The notes: generated by a model not told the origin, from the letters alone. 6,202 nucleotides of DNA from Candidatus Nanopusillus sp. (GCA_046536775.1 JAWDMD010000025.1:1-6202), one strand, 5' to 3'. Shown: positions 1-6,087, numbered from the stretch's first letter. Program-made: numbers and translations.

Positions 1-2
1 GA

Positions 3-230
3 TTAATTATTTTTATTATTTGGTTTTTGTTCATTTTTTGTGAAGGGTAGACTTCCTTCAATAAGAGAAAAAGCAATAAAGACAGCAATTAAAATAAATA
101 TAATATAGGCAAGTATACTACTTATGTCTTGAGTCTCTACAAGATGTATCCCGTAAAGAATTATAGAAGATGGTATTCCTGAAAGAAAGGTAATAACCCA
201 AGTTTTAGAAAATGATATATTTATATTCAA
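3..230 (-). CDS. small hypothetical membrane protein (2 predicted TM helices, Lys/Asn-rich C-terminal tail)
   Basis: The 75-codon ORF ends in TAA (3..5). Two hydrophobic stretches (WVITFLSGIPSSIILYGIHLV and ISSILAYIIFILIAVFIAFSLI) are followed by a polar tail, KNEQKPNNKNN. The start codon is TTG (plus-strand caa at 228..230) and the ORF contains no ATG. The same frame stays open upstream to a stop at 351..353. The start, and the gene itself, are therefore uncertain. Confidence 0.45.
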   Translation of the reverse strand: MNINISFSKTWVITFLSGIPSSIILYGIHLVETQDISSILAYIIFILIAVFIAFSLIEGSLPFTKNEQKPNNKNN

Positions 231-414
231 ATAACGTTTAGCAAATGAATAAATAAGTTTTGAAAATATATAAGAATATCCGATCCTGAAATGTTCATCT
301 CTATGAAGAATTTTATCAAAAATAATTTTATTGAGATTAATAATGTCTATTTATATTAGTTGAATAAAAATTGTTTAGGGAAAATATTAATGTTTTTATA
401 AGTAATAATAAAAT

Positions 415-3400
415 TTATTTTCCAGATAGTATATCCATTAATTCTTTAAATCCTTCTAATTCTTCTTTAGAAATTCCATATAATTCAGCAGCTGATAAAT
501 CAATTTCATCTTCAACTTTTTTAAGTTCTTCTTTTGCATTAATATTTTTACAATAATCAGGTTTATTATTGGAATATATACATTTTGCTAATTCATGAGC
601 TCTTTCAGATAATTTAGCAATTTTCTTATGTAAATTATTATTGGGATCAAATTTTGGTATTTTAATGATATCTATAATGTTAGTAGATATTACTGTCTCA
701 TATGTGTAAGATGCTATGATAGAACGTGCTATAACCGAGTTTAAGATACCAGCAATATAATATGCCTCATCAGATGTCTTTGTTTCTACTAACATAAGTT
801 TAACATTAGGTATAGTAGGTTTTCCATTAATAGGTTCAACAACTGCGCAAGCAAAACTTGCTGCTTTGCCTGTAATAGCACCAGTTATATTTTTCCATAC
901 AACTTTATAGGGTGCAAAAGTATATGTACCTATATCGTATATAGAATAAAAAGGATTTCCTTTACCCCATAATTTATGTATTGATCTATTTTCCAATTCA
1001 TTCTTATAATTAGATAAATAATCATATGTAAGATGCCATCTATCTTTCATATCTCTCTCTGAAATAGGTTTTGCTGTTTTTGGGTCATGTGGTACAATAA
1101 TATATCTATCTTTAAACTCTACATACCATTTTTTTACATCTCTACCCCTAATTAATGGATAAATAAGGTCTGGTTCTACTTTTTTATCTTTAATTTGTTT
1201 GACTTTTTTCTTTTGTCCACTTTCGGGCGGATTAGTTATTATTAACATGTTGTCATAAGACTTTCCGTATACTTTAACATAATAAATCTGATCAAGACCT
1301 ACATAAACTCCTGCATGAGCTTCATAATATTGGTTTCCACTTATTACTTTTCTAATTGCATTTACAATATTGGGTTTAACTTGCATCCATGGTGATGATG
1401 GATCATTGGGAATTAGGGGTACCATTGTTATTTCATAGTGTTTTATTTCATGGTGTTTTGTCATCTCAATGATATCTTTTAAAGATTTATTTGGATCTAT
1501 TTTCTTTCCATTCCATATAACATGTTTGATACTATTCATATTTTCTTTTTGTACTTTTCTAATAATTTCGCATTCATTATCATTCATATTATCTAATTCA
1601 CAAACTTTTTCAACAATAATAATTCCTGTTCTATTTGTTGCACCTTCAAATGGTGCTAATGTTACTAAATCATGGATAACATGTATTTTTGTTCTTCTAG
1701 CTAAGAAATTTCTAAAACCAGCACCAGCCTGATTTTTAAATACTGTAAATGTTATTACAAATCCTAATTTTCCACCTACTTTTAAATATAAATCAAAACA
1801 CCTTGCTAAGAATAACATAGATAAATCTCTCTTAACTTTACCTAATCCGGTTTTTCCCTTAATTTCTAATAATCCATACTTTTTCCAAAGTTCTTTGCTT
1901 GATTCTCTATATTGTTCAGGTAGACTCTCCCAATTTATCCATGGGGGATTGCCAATTATATAATCAAATTTGCCTTTTAATAACGGAGCAAATGCATTTT
2001 TAATTATATATATCCATATACCATCTTTACCTTCTTTTTCGAGCTTAAATAATTCTTGATAAAGCTTAGCCAATTTTTTTCTTTCTTTTAATAAAATTTC
2101 TTTCTCTTCAGGGGGTAAGTTGAAGAAGGATATTCTTTTTTCAAAATCTTCATCTGTCCATTTATATTTTAGGCCTTTTCTCATTTCATTCAATAAATCC
2201 TTTAGAAGCTTTGTATTTCTTGCTATATCATCAGGTATTCTAAGGTCAACAAATTTCTTCTCCCCTATTCTAATTTTTAATTTAAAATATTTACCATCAT
2301 ATAAGTGTTCTTCTTGAATAATTATAGAATCTGCTAAATAAATTGGAATCTCGATGCTCCCTAATTCATTTCTATTAGCAGAAATTAGATCTCCTATAGC
2401 TAATAAATAATTTGTTCTTGCAGCTAAAACGGCTAATGGATTTAAATCATAACCAACAACATTTTCAAGTACATATTTAGCTAATTTATCTTTTAAGTAA
2501 TATTTTTCTGCATATCTTTTTAATCTACTAATATAAAGTATAAGAAATGTACCCGATCCACATGCAGGATCTAAAACTCTAATTTTTAATGGTTTTAAAT
2601 CATCTTCTTTTCCCATATTTTCTAAATTTTCATAGCTTAGGCCAATCTCATCAAGTAATAATTCGGCTAACCAATCAGGTGTATAATATTCACCAAAGCG
2701 ATGTCTAATATCCCTTGGAATAAGATCTTGATATAAATCTTTTAATAAGTCTCTAGTAGATTCTGGATTTGATTTAATTGTGGTCATATCGTAGTTTGAA
2801 AGTTCCTTTACAAGGTCAATAATGGCTTCTGCTAATTTATTGTCAATTTTTTCTATATACCAAGAAAAATAATCTCCTTCTAAAAAGTTTTCAATACCTA
2901 AAAGTTCTTTAAATATATATCCACTTTCTACTTTTTGTAATTCATCTTTTAAACCTTCGGTTAGTTTAGATTTGTAAGCTTCTCGGAGATCTCCAATATA
3001 AGATCTATATAATTCGCCATTTGCATGTATAGAAGCTATTTCAGCAGCAAGTAGTTTCATTATTAATGCATAATATGTATGTATTGCAAAAATAAGATAA
3101 GAATAATTAATATTATCTTCTTTAATTTCATAGTATTCTTTTAATTCTTTTAATTCTTTAAATTTTTCAAGATCTTTTTCATCACTATAACCTATGATTT
3201 GTCCAAATAATCTTTTCCAGTCATTAAATAATGCCCATGTCTTTTCTTTTTCTGTTGTATTTAATAATTTTGTATAAAGTAATCTTACTATTTTTTTAGA
3301 TATTTGTGATTTTATACCAAAATCTTTGGCAAGTTCTTCAGCACTTAAACTTTTCTTTCTTAGACCTCTTAAAGCTTCTATTAATTCTTTAATACTCTCT

Positions 3401-3843
3401 TTGTTTATTTCAAAGGGCCCTTCTAATCTCCATTTATTTTCTGTTTTATTATATCTGACAAAAGCGATTTTATCGCTAATAATTACACCTAAAAAATCAT
3501 CTAAATCTTTTTTATCATGTTCAGCTTTTTCTAATATATAATTTCTAACTTGCTCTTCTGCTGATTCAGATGAAAATTTATAAGGATCTTTAAATTCAAT
3601 GATAACATTTCCGCATAAAAGATCAATTCTCTTACCAGAAGGTAAAGTATATTCAAGTTCGAATGGAATATTTATACCTTCTCTTTTTAAAGGTTCTATT
3701 ATCTTGTTTATAATACAATTTGATACTAAAAATCTTAAATTTTCTTCTTTCCCTTTAGTAAGTGCTTGATTTACTGCATTTTTAAAGCATTCTACAATAT
3801 CATCAATATTTAATTTATCTAGGGGGTTAATATCAGAAGACAT
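415..3843 (-). CDS. Type IIG single-polypeptide restriction endonuclease / N6-adenine DNA methyltransferase fusion (MmeI/Eco57I-like domain order: nuclease-helical linker-MTase-TRD)
   Basis: Uninterrupted 1142-codon ORF from ATG to TAA. The N-terminus carries GKRIDLLCGNVIIEFKDP (D74-x8-E83-x-K85), followed by AEEQVRNYI and VIISDKIAFVRY, a pattern I recall from MmeI-type N-terminal nucleases. MTase motif X is FGEYYTP (aa 383-389), motif I is VLDPACGSGTFL (aa 423-434), motif II/III is VVGYDLNPLAV...IPIYLADS, and motif IV is IIGNPPWINW (N632). The C-terminus has GILNSVIARSII and the ending EIDLSAAELYGISKEELEGF, typical of TaqI_C/HsdS-like recognition modules. All antisense ORFs are short and low-complexity. 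Confidence 0.9.
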   Translation of the reverse strand: MSSDINPLDKLNIDDIVECFKNAVNQALTKGKEENLRFLVSNCIINKIIEPLKREGINIPFELEYTLPSGKRIDLLCGNVIIEFKDPYKFSSESAEEQVRNYILEKAEHDKKDLDDFLGVIISDKIAFVRYNKTENKWRLEGPFEINKESIKELIEALRGLRKKSLSAEELAKDFGIKSQISKKIVRLLYTKLLNTTEKEKTWALFNDWKRLFGQIIGYSDEKDLEKFKELKELKEYYEIKEDNINYSYLIFAIHTYYALIMKLLAAEIASIHANGELYRSYIGDLREAYKSKLTEGLKDELQKVESGYIFKELLGIENFLEGDYFSWYIEKIDNKLAEAIIDLVKELSNYDMTTIKSNPESTRDLLKDLYQDLIPRDIRHRFGEYYTPDWLAELLLDEIGLSYENLENMGKEDDLKPLKIRVLDPACGSGTFLILYISRLKRYAEKYYLKDKLAKYVLENVVGYDLNPLAVLAARTNYLLAIGDLISANRNELGSIEIPIYLADSIIIQEEHLYDGKYFKLKIRIGEKKFVDLRIPDDIARNTKLLKDLLNEMRKGLKYKWTDEDFEKRISFFNLPPEEKEILLKERKKLAKLYQELFKLEKEGKDGIWIYIIKNAFAPLLKGKFDYIIGNPPWINWESLPEQYRESSKELWKKYGLLEIKGKTGLGKVKRDLSMLFLARCFDLYLKVGGKLGFVITFTVFKNQAGAGFRNFLARRTKIHVIHDLVTLAPFEGATNRTGIIIVEKVCELDNMNDNECEIIRKVQKENMNSIKHVIWNGKKIDPNKSLKDIIEMTKHHEIKHYEITMVPLIPNDPSSPWMQVKPNIVNAIRKVISGNQYYEAHAGVYVGLDQIYYVKVYGKSYDNMLIITNPPESGQKKKVKQIKDKKVEPDLIYPLIRGRDVKKWYVEFKDRYIIVPHDPKTAKPISERDMKDRWHLTYDYLSNYKNELENRSIHKLWGKGNPFYSIYDIGTYTFAPYKVVWKNITGAITGKAASFACAVVEPINGKPTIPNVKLMLVETKTSDEAYYIAGILNSVIARSIIASYTYETVISTNIIDIIKIPKFDPNNNLHKKIAKLSERAHELAKCIYSNNKPDYCKNINAKEELKKVEDEIDLSAAELYGISKEELEGFKELMDILSGK
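418..1602 (-). other. C-terminal target-recognition region (single TRD plus helical tail)
   Basis: About 395 aa lie downstream of the MTase core. Typical TRD elements are present: YIIVPHDP, WGKGNPFYSIYD, YKVVWKNI, YYIAGILNSVIARSII and the terminal DEIDLSAAELYGISKEELE. The assignment is by pattern recall and the specificity cannot be read from sequence. Confidence 0.55.
1603..2706 (-). other. gamma-class (X-I-II-III-IV order) N6-adenine methyltransferase core
   Basis: Motif X FGEYYTP lies at 2677..2697, motif I VLDPACGSGTFL at 2542..2577 and motif IV NPPW at 1939..1950. The post-IV block is LSMLFLARCFDLYLKVGGKLGFVITFTVF...APFEGATNRTGIIIVEK. NPPW with an upstream SAM-binding DPACGSG loop is the amino-MTase (N6-A) signature. 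The boundaries are approximate. Confidence 0.85.
3394..3843 (-). other. N-terminal PD-(D/E)xK nuclease domain of the Type IIG enzyme (catalytic motif at 3589..3624)
   Basis: Reverse complement of 3589..3630 reads aag aga att gat ctt tta tgc gga aat gtt atc att gaa ttt aaa, which is KRIDLLCGNVIIEFK. D74, E83 and K85 are all intact. The domain boundary (about aa 1-150) is an estimate. Confidence 0.7.
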
Positions 3844-3992
3844 AATATTATAATTTATAAATGGTTTATGAATTTTACTTTTGGCTTTTAATATGATATG
3901 TTAAGGAGACTATATTATTTTATTTAATTGGATTTTTCTTAAATAATATGTAATAAAGTGATAATGGAAGGCAATCTCATTAATCAGATAAT

Positions 3993-4010
3993 ATTGAAAA
4001 ATTTTTGAAT
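3993..4010. repeat. 18-bp near-palindrome ATTGAAAAATTTTTGAAT centred on A5T5
   Basis: The central AAAAATTTTT (3997..4006) is a perfect palindrome. The outer ATT/AAT arms also match, and only the G/G pair (3996/4007) breaks the symmetry. It lies 7 bp upstream of the candidate TATA box of the Zn-ribbon gene. Confidence 0.5.
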
Positions 4011-4016
4011 ACACGC

Positions 4017-4026
4017 TATATATTAA
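4017..4026 (+). promoter_or_regulatory. candidate archaeal-type TATA box for the Zn-ribbon gene (leaderless or near-leaderless transcript)
   Basis: TATATATTAA is centred about 30 nt upstream of the ATG at 4052. No GGAGG/GGTG-like ribosome-binding sequence lies between the box and the ATG. Confidence 0.4.
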
Positions 4027-4051
4027 TAAAATTTTATTCAAATTCATACTA

Positions 4052-4657
4052 ATGGTAAGATGTCCATTTTGTGGTTCTGAAGATTTAACATTAATTAGTT
4101 CATGGAAATATGGAGCTTTTGATGTATCTAGATATAAGTGTAATAAATGTGGAAATAAGTTTAATTATTATAAAGGAAAAAATACAGAATTTTATATACC
4201 AAAACCAAAAGATCAAGAAATGAATAAAGAAGAAAATAAAGAAGTTGATTATAATCATGAAGAAGTAAAATCTTGGTTACAAGAGATTGGTGAAGTATTA
4301 GGATATTATGCTTATCCTGAATATGCAGATGAACCATATAGGTTTGATATTGTCTATAAATTGTTTAATAGTAAAAAAGAATCGCCTGTGGCAGTTTTTG
4401 AAGTTGTAGATAGTAATACTGTGGATACTGCTCTTTCAAGATTATCCTATGCATATAAAATTCTTAAATCTAAGGGATTATATTTGATAGTTTTAGATAA
4501 TAAATATAAAGAGAGGGCAAAGAAATTATTAGAAAATACACATCCAGAAATAAAAGATAAAGTAGAAATATTAGATGCAAATAAAATAAAAGAATTAAGA
4601 GATATATTAAATAAATATGGGGATGACATAAAGAAATTAATAAATCTAGGAAAGTAA
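4052..4657 (+). CDS. hypothetical protein: N-terminal C4 zinc ribbon + C-terminal restriction-endonuclease-like (PD-(D/E)xK-like, Lys-less) domain
   Basis: 201-codon ORF from ATG to TAA. The zinc ribbon is C4-P-F-C7 ... RYK-C30-N-K-C33-GNKF (nt 4061..4150), the same CPxC...RYxCxxCxxxF layout as IS1 InsA-type and archaeal DNA-binding Zn ribbons. A Lys/Glu/Asn-rich linker spans aa 50-70. The C-terminal block WLQEIGEVLGYYAYPEY...YRFDIVY(D99)...PVAVFEVVDS(E117)...ALSRLSYA...GLYLIVLD has the hydrophobic strand-D / strand-E-x-x spacing of a PD-(D/E)xK fold, but reads E-V-V instead of E-x-K. The coding call is solid. The function is inferred. Confidence 0.75.
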   Translation: MVRCPFCGSEDLTLISSWKYGAFDVSRYKCNKCGNKFNYYKGKNTEFYIPKPKDQEMNKEENKEVDYNHEEVKSWLQEIGEVLGYYAYPEYADEPYRFDIVYKLFNSKKESPVAVFEVVDSNTVDTALSRLSYAYKILKSKGLYLIVLDNKYKERAKKLLENTHPEIKDKVEILDANKIKELRDILNKYGDDIKKLINLGK

Positions 4658-4660
4658 ATA

Positions 4661-4668
4661 TATTTTTG
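4661..4668 (+). terminator. T-tract terminator candidate after the Zn-ribbon gene
   Basis: TATTTTTG (a run of five T at 4663..4667) begins 4 nt after the TAA at 4655..4657. Oligo-T tracts are the usual archaeal termination signal. Confidence 0.3.
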
Positions 4669-4778
4669 GTTGATTTAGATTCTTTGTTTATAGATTTCTA
4701 TAATTATTTAAATATTAATATTTGATATTTAAATACCCATTGAAATAGATAAAAATAAGCAAGCTTTTTCTCTCTAAA

Positions 4779-4802
4779 TTAATAGATTTATATATCTATT
4801 AA
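4779..4802. repeat. perfect 9-bp inverted repeat TTAATAGAT-(6)-ATCTATTAA
   Basis: The left arm is 4779..4787 and the right arm is 4794..4802, which is its exact reverse complement. The spacer is TTATAT. It is part of a local cluster of ATAGAT motifs. Confidence 0.6.
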
Positions 4803-4903
4803 CAATTTAGACATAAAAATAAAATTTTTAATATTTTGTTAATATCTTTTCAATTTAATAAAATAAATCTTTATAATAAATTATTTTTTAAGAGTGTTAA
4901 AAG

Positions 4904-4911
4904 TTTATAAA
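4904..4911 (+). promoter_or_regulatory. candidate archaeal-type TATA box for the membrane-protein pair (leaderless transcript)
   Basis: TTTATAAA is preceded by the purine-rich TTAAAAG. The box centre lies about 26 nt upstream of the A of the ATG at 4933, which is the canonical TATA-to-TSS distance for archaeal promoters. No Shine-Dalgarno sequence is present. Confidence 0.5.
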
Positions 4912-4932
4912 AAGGCAATAAAATATTAATCT

Positions 4933-5367
4933 ATGTCTATAAACAATGATCAAATATTGATAGTATTTCTAATAGGCTGGTCTATTTTGTTAGGAACATA
5001 CTTTAGCAAATTTATAGAGTTGCTATCATCAAATCTTATATCGGTAAATCTTATATCATTAATACAGGTCATTGGGATTATAACCATGTTTTTTCTTTCT
5101 GTATTATTAGCATCATATATAGTGTCAAAGATAAAAGATGAAGATGAGGATATAGCAATAAAATTGACTATAGGTTTGTCTCTATTATATATAGCTGGAT
5201 TCATATTAGCCATAATTCCTACTAATAATCCAGCTATGTTTGAATATTATGTGATAATATCATTTATAATATCAATACTATTATGTTTTTATCTCAGAAG
5301 AAAAGGATATTTATTTATGAATGGTGGTGGGTTATTAGAAAATTTTGTATTTTGGTCAGTAATTTAG
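4933..5367 (+). CDS. hypothetical polytopic membrane protein (about 4 TM helices)
   Basis: 144-codon ORF from ATG to TAG. There are four long hydrophobic segments, with an acidic loop KIKDEDED between TM2 and TM3. A TTTATAAA box sits 22-29 nt upstream of the ATG. The antisense ORF 4950..5213 is low-complexity. Confidence 0.7.
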   Translation: MSINNDQILIVFLIGWSILLGTYFSKFIELLSSNLISVNLISLIQVIGIITMFFLSVLLASYIVSKIKDEDEDIAIKLTIGLSLLYIAGFILAIIPTNNPAMFEYYVIISFIISILLCFYLRRKGYLFMNGGGLLENFVFWSVI

Positions 5368-5373
5368 TCTATT

Positions 5374-5862
5374 ATGTTGGGATGGTATTTCTTTAAATCT
5401 ATAAAATTTATAGCATATGTATTGTCAACATCTCTAATATATCCATTATCTCTAATATACTCATCACCTATTATAGGGTTTATTTTCCTTATATTATTAG
5501 TACCATATTTTTTATCCGAGATAGAAGATTTGGATAATGAAAAATTAAAAATATTATATACTTGTATAACGATATTATATCTAATAGGAGACATACTTGC
5601 TGTCAAAGTCAATTGGCTTATAGTTATATGGATTGGAATATTGATGTTTATATTATTTATATTATCATTATTGGAAGGATCAGGTAAAGCAAAAAATGAT
5701 TTGTTTGCATTACTTTTATTATTAGCTATTTTCTTAATAATCATATTGATAATGGGAATTATATCAAATACATTAGTAGGTATGCTATTAATGTTAACAA
5801 TATTAATAATCCAGGCTACAATTATAATGTTAATATTAATATACAATGCATATTATTATTAA
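5374..5862 (+). CDS. hypothetical polytopic membrane protein (about 6 TM helices), paralog-like to the upstream ORF
   Basis: 162-codon ORF from ATG to TAA. It starts 6 nt after the upstream stop and in the same frame. Six hydrophobic segments are present, and the acidic loop SEIEDLDNEK between TM2 and TM3 aligns with the upstream ORF. The competing antisense ORF 5364..5846 is Asn/Ile low-complexity, typical of a shadow frame in AT-rich DNA. Confidence 0.7.
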   Translation: MLGWYFFKSIKFIAYVLSTSLIYPLSLIYSSPIIGFIFLILLVPYFLSEIEDLDNEKLKILYTCITILYLIGDILAVKVNWLIVIWIGILMFILFILSLLEGSGKAKNDLFALLLLLAIFLIIILIMGIISNTLVGMLLMLTILIIQATIIMLILIYNAYYY

Positions 5863-5877
5863 ATTGCATAATACTAT

Positions 5878-5946
5878 TGCACATTATTCAGAAATGTGTA
5901 ACAAACTACCGTTAGTTTATCTATAATTCATAATTAGGGATTTTTT
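5878..5946 (+). terminator. hairpins plus T6 tract downstream of the membrane-protein pair
   Basis: The first stem is TGCACATT / AATGTGTA (5878..5885 pairing with 5893..5900, one G-U, 7-nt loop). The second stem is AAACTA / TAGTTT (5903..5908 with 5913..5918). GGGATTTTTTATTA follows, with T6 at 5941..5946. Confidence 0.25.
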
Positions 5947-6079
5947 ATTACGAGTTTGGAAATTTGTATTTTTGAAAAATCTAATTTATAATTTTTTGGA
6001 TTGTAGTTTTCTCTTAAGTATATTATCTTTAAATTAAGTTTCTATTTTTGGATACAAAGAAGGTTAAATGATAATAAAC

Positions 6080-6087
6080 TTTATATA
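6080..6087 (+). promoter_or_regulatory. orphan TATA-like box (TTTATATA) with no downstream ORF in the window
   Basis: This is a consensus-like TTTATATA followed immediately by the GTATAATTAC direct repeats. The only downstream ATGs open 1-8 codon frames. It could be chance in AT-rich DNA. Confidence 0.2.

Noticed and set aside
381-391. The 11-mer AAAATATTAAT is shared between the left flank of the R-M/Zn-ribbon module (381..391) and its right flank (4920..4930), a possible target-site duplication or attachment repeat.
   Set aside because: It is a pure A/T word containing the common AATATT palindrome. My rough estimate is that one such chance match between two AT-rich spacers is not very unlikely. 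No integrase or transposase is present to support an insertion.
371-556. Plus-strand 61-aa ORF overlapping the 3' end of the R-M gene. The same applies to the other antisense ORFs at 1469..1732, 2120..2317, 3326..3541 (+), 4447..4629, 4950..5213 and 5364..5846 (-).
   Set aside because: All lie antisense to much better-supported genes. They translate to Ser/Phe/Ile/Asn-rich low-complexity strings with no motifs. Several use non-ATG starts. They are typical shadow frames in AT-rich DNA where stop codons are depleted opposite Lys/Glu/Ile-rich coding sequence.
2074-2080. Homopolymer T7 (A7 on the coding strand) in the R-M gene, with a second T7 at 3291..3297, as possible phase-variable slippage tracts.
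   Set aside because: Seven-nucleotide A/T runs are expected by composition in DNA this AT-rich. They are shorter than the tracts usually associated with high-frequency phase variation, and the frame is intact.
3135-3161. 9-bp tandem repeat (ATTCTTTTA x2 plus a degenerate third copy) inside the R-M gene, encoding KELKELKE.
   Set aside because: There are only about three copies, and the repeat is in-frame, so a length change would not switch the gene off. It lies in a Lys/Glu-rich helical linker. It is too short to call a phase-variation tract.
3904-3908. AGGAG Shine-Dalgarno-like sequence on the + strand in the divergent intergenic region.
   Set aside because: No usable start follows it. The nearby TTG at 3928 opens a 4-codon frame, and the ATG at 3948 is followed directly by TAA. 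No other gene in the window uses an SD, so this is probably chance.
5365-5367. The in-frame TAG between the membrane ORFs read as pyrrolysine.
   Set aside because: There is no Pyl machinery, PYLIS-like context or methylamine-methyltransferase context in the window. The downstream ORF has its own ATG two codons later. It is kept only as a low-probability alternative within the split-gene finding.
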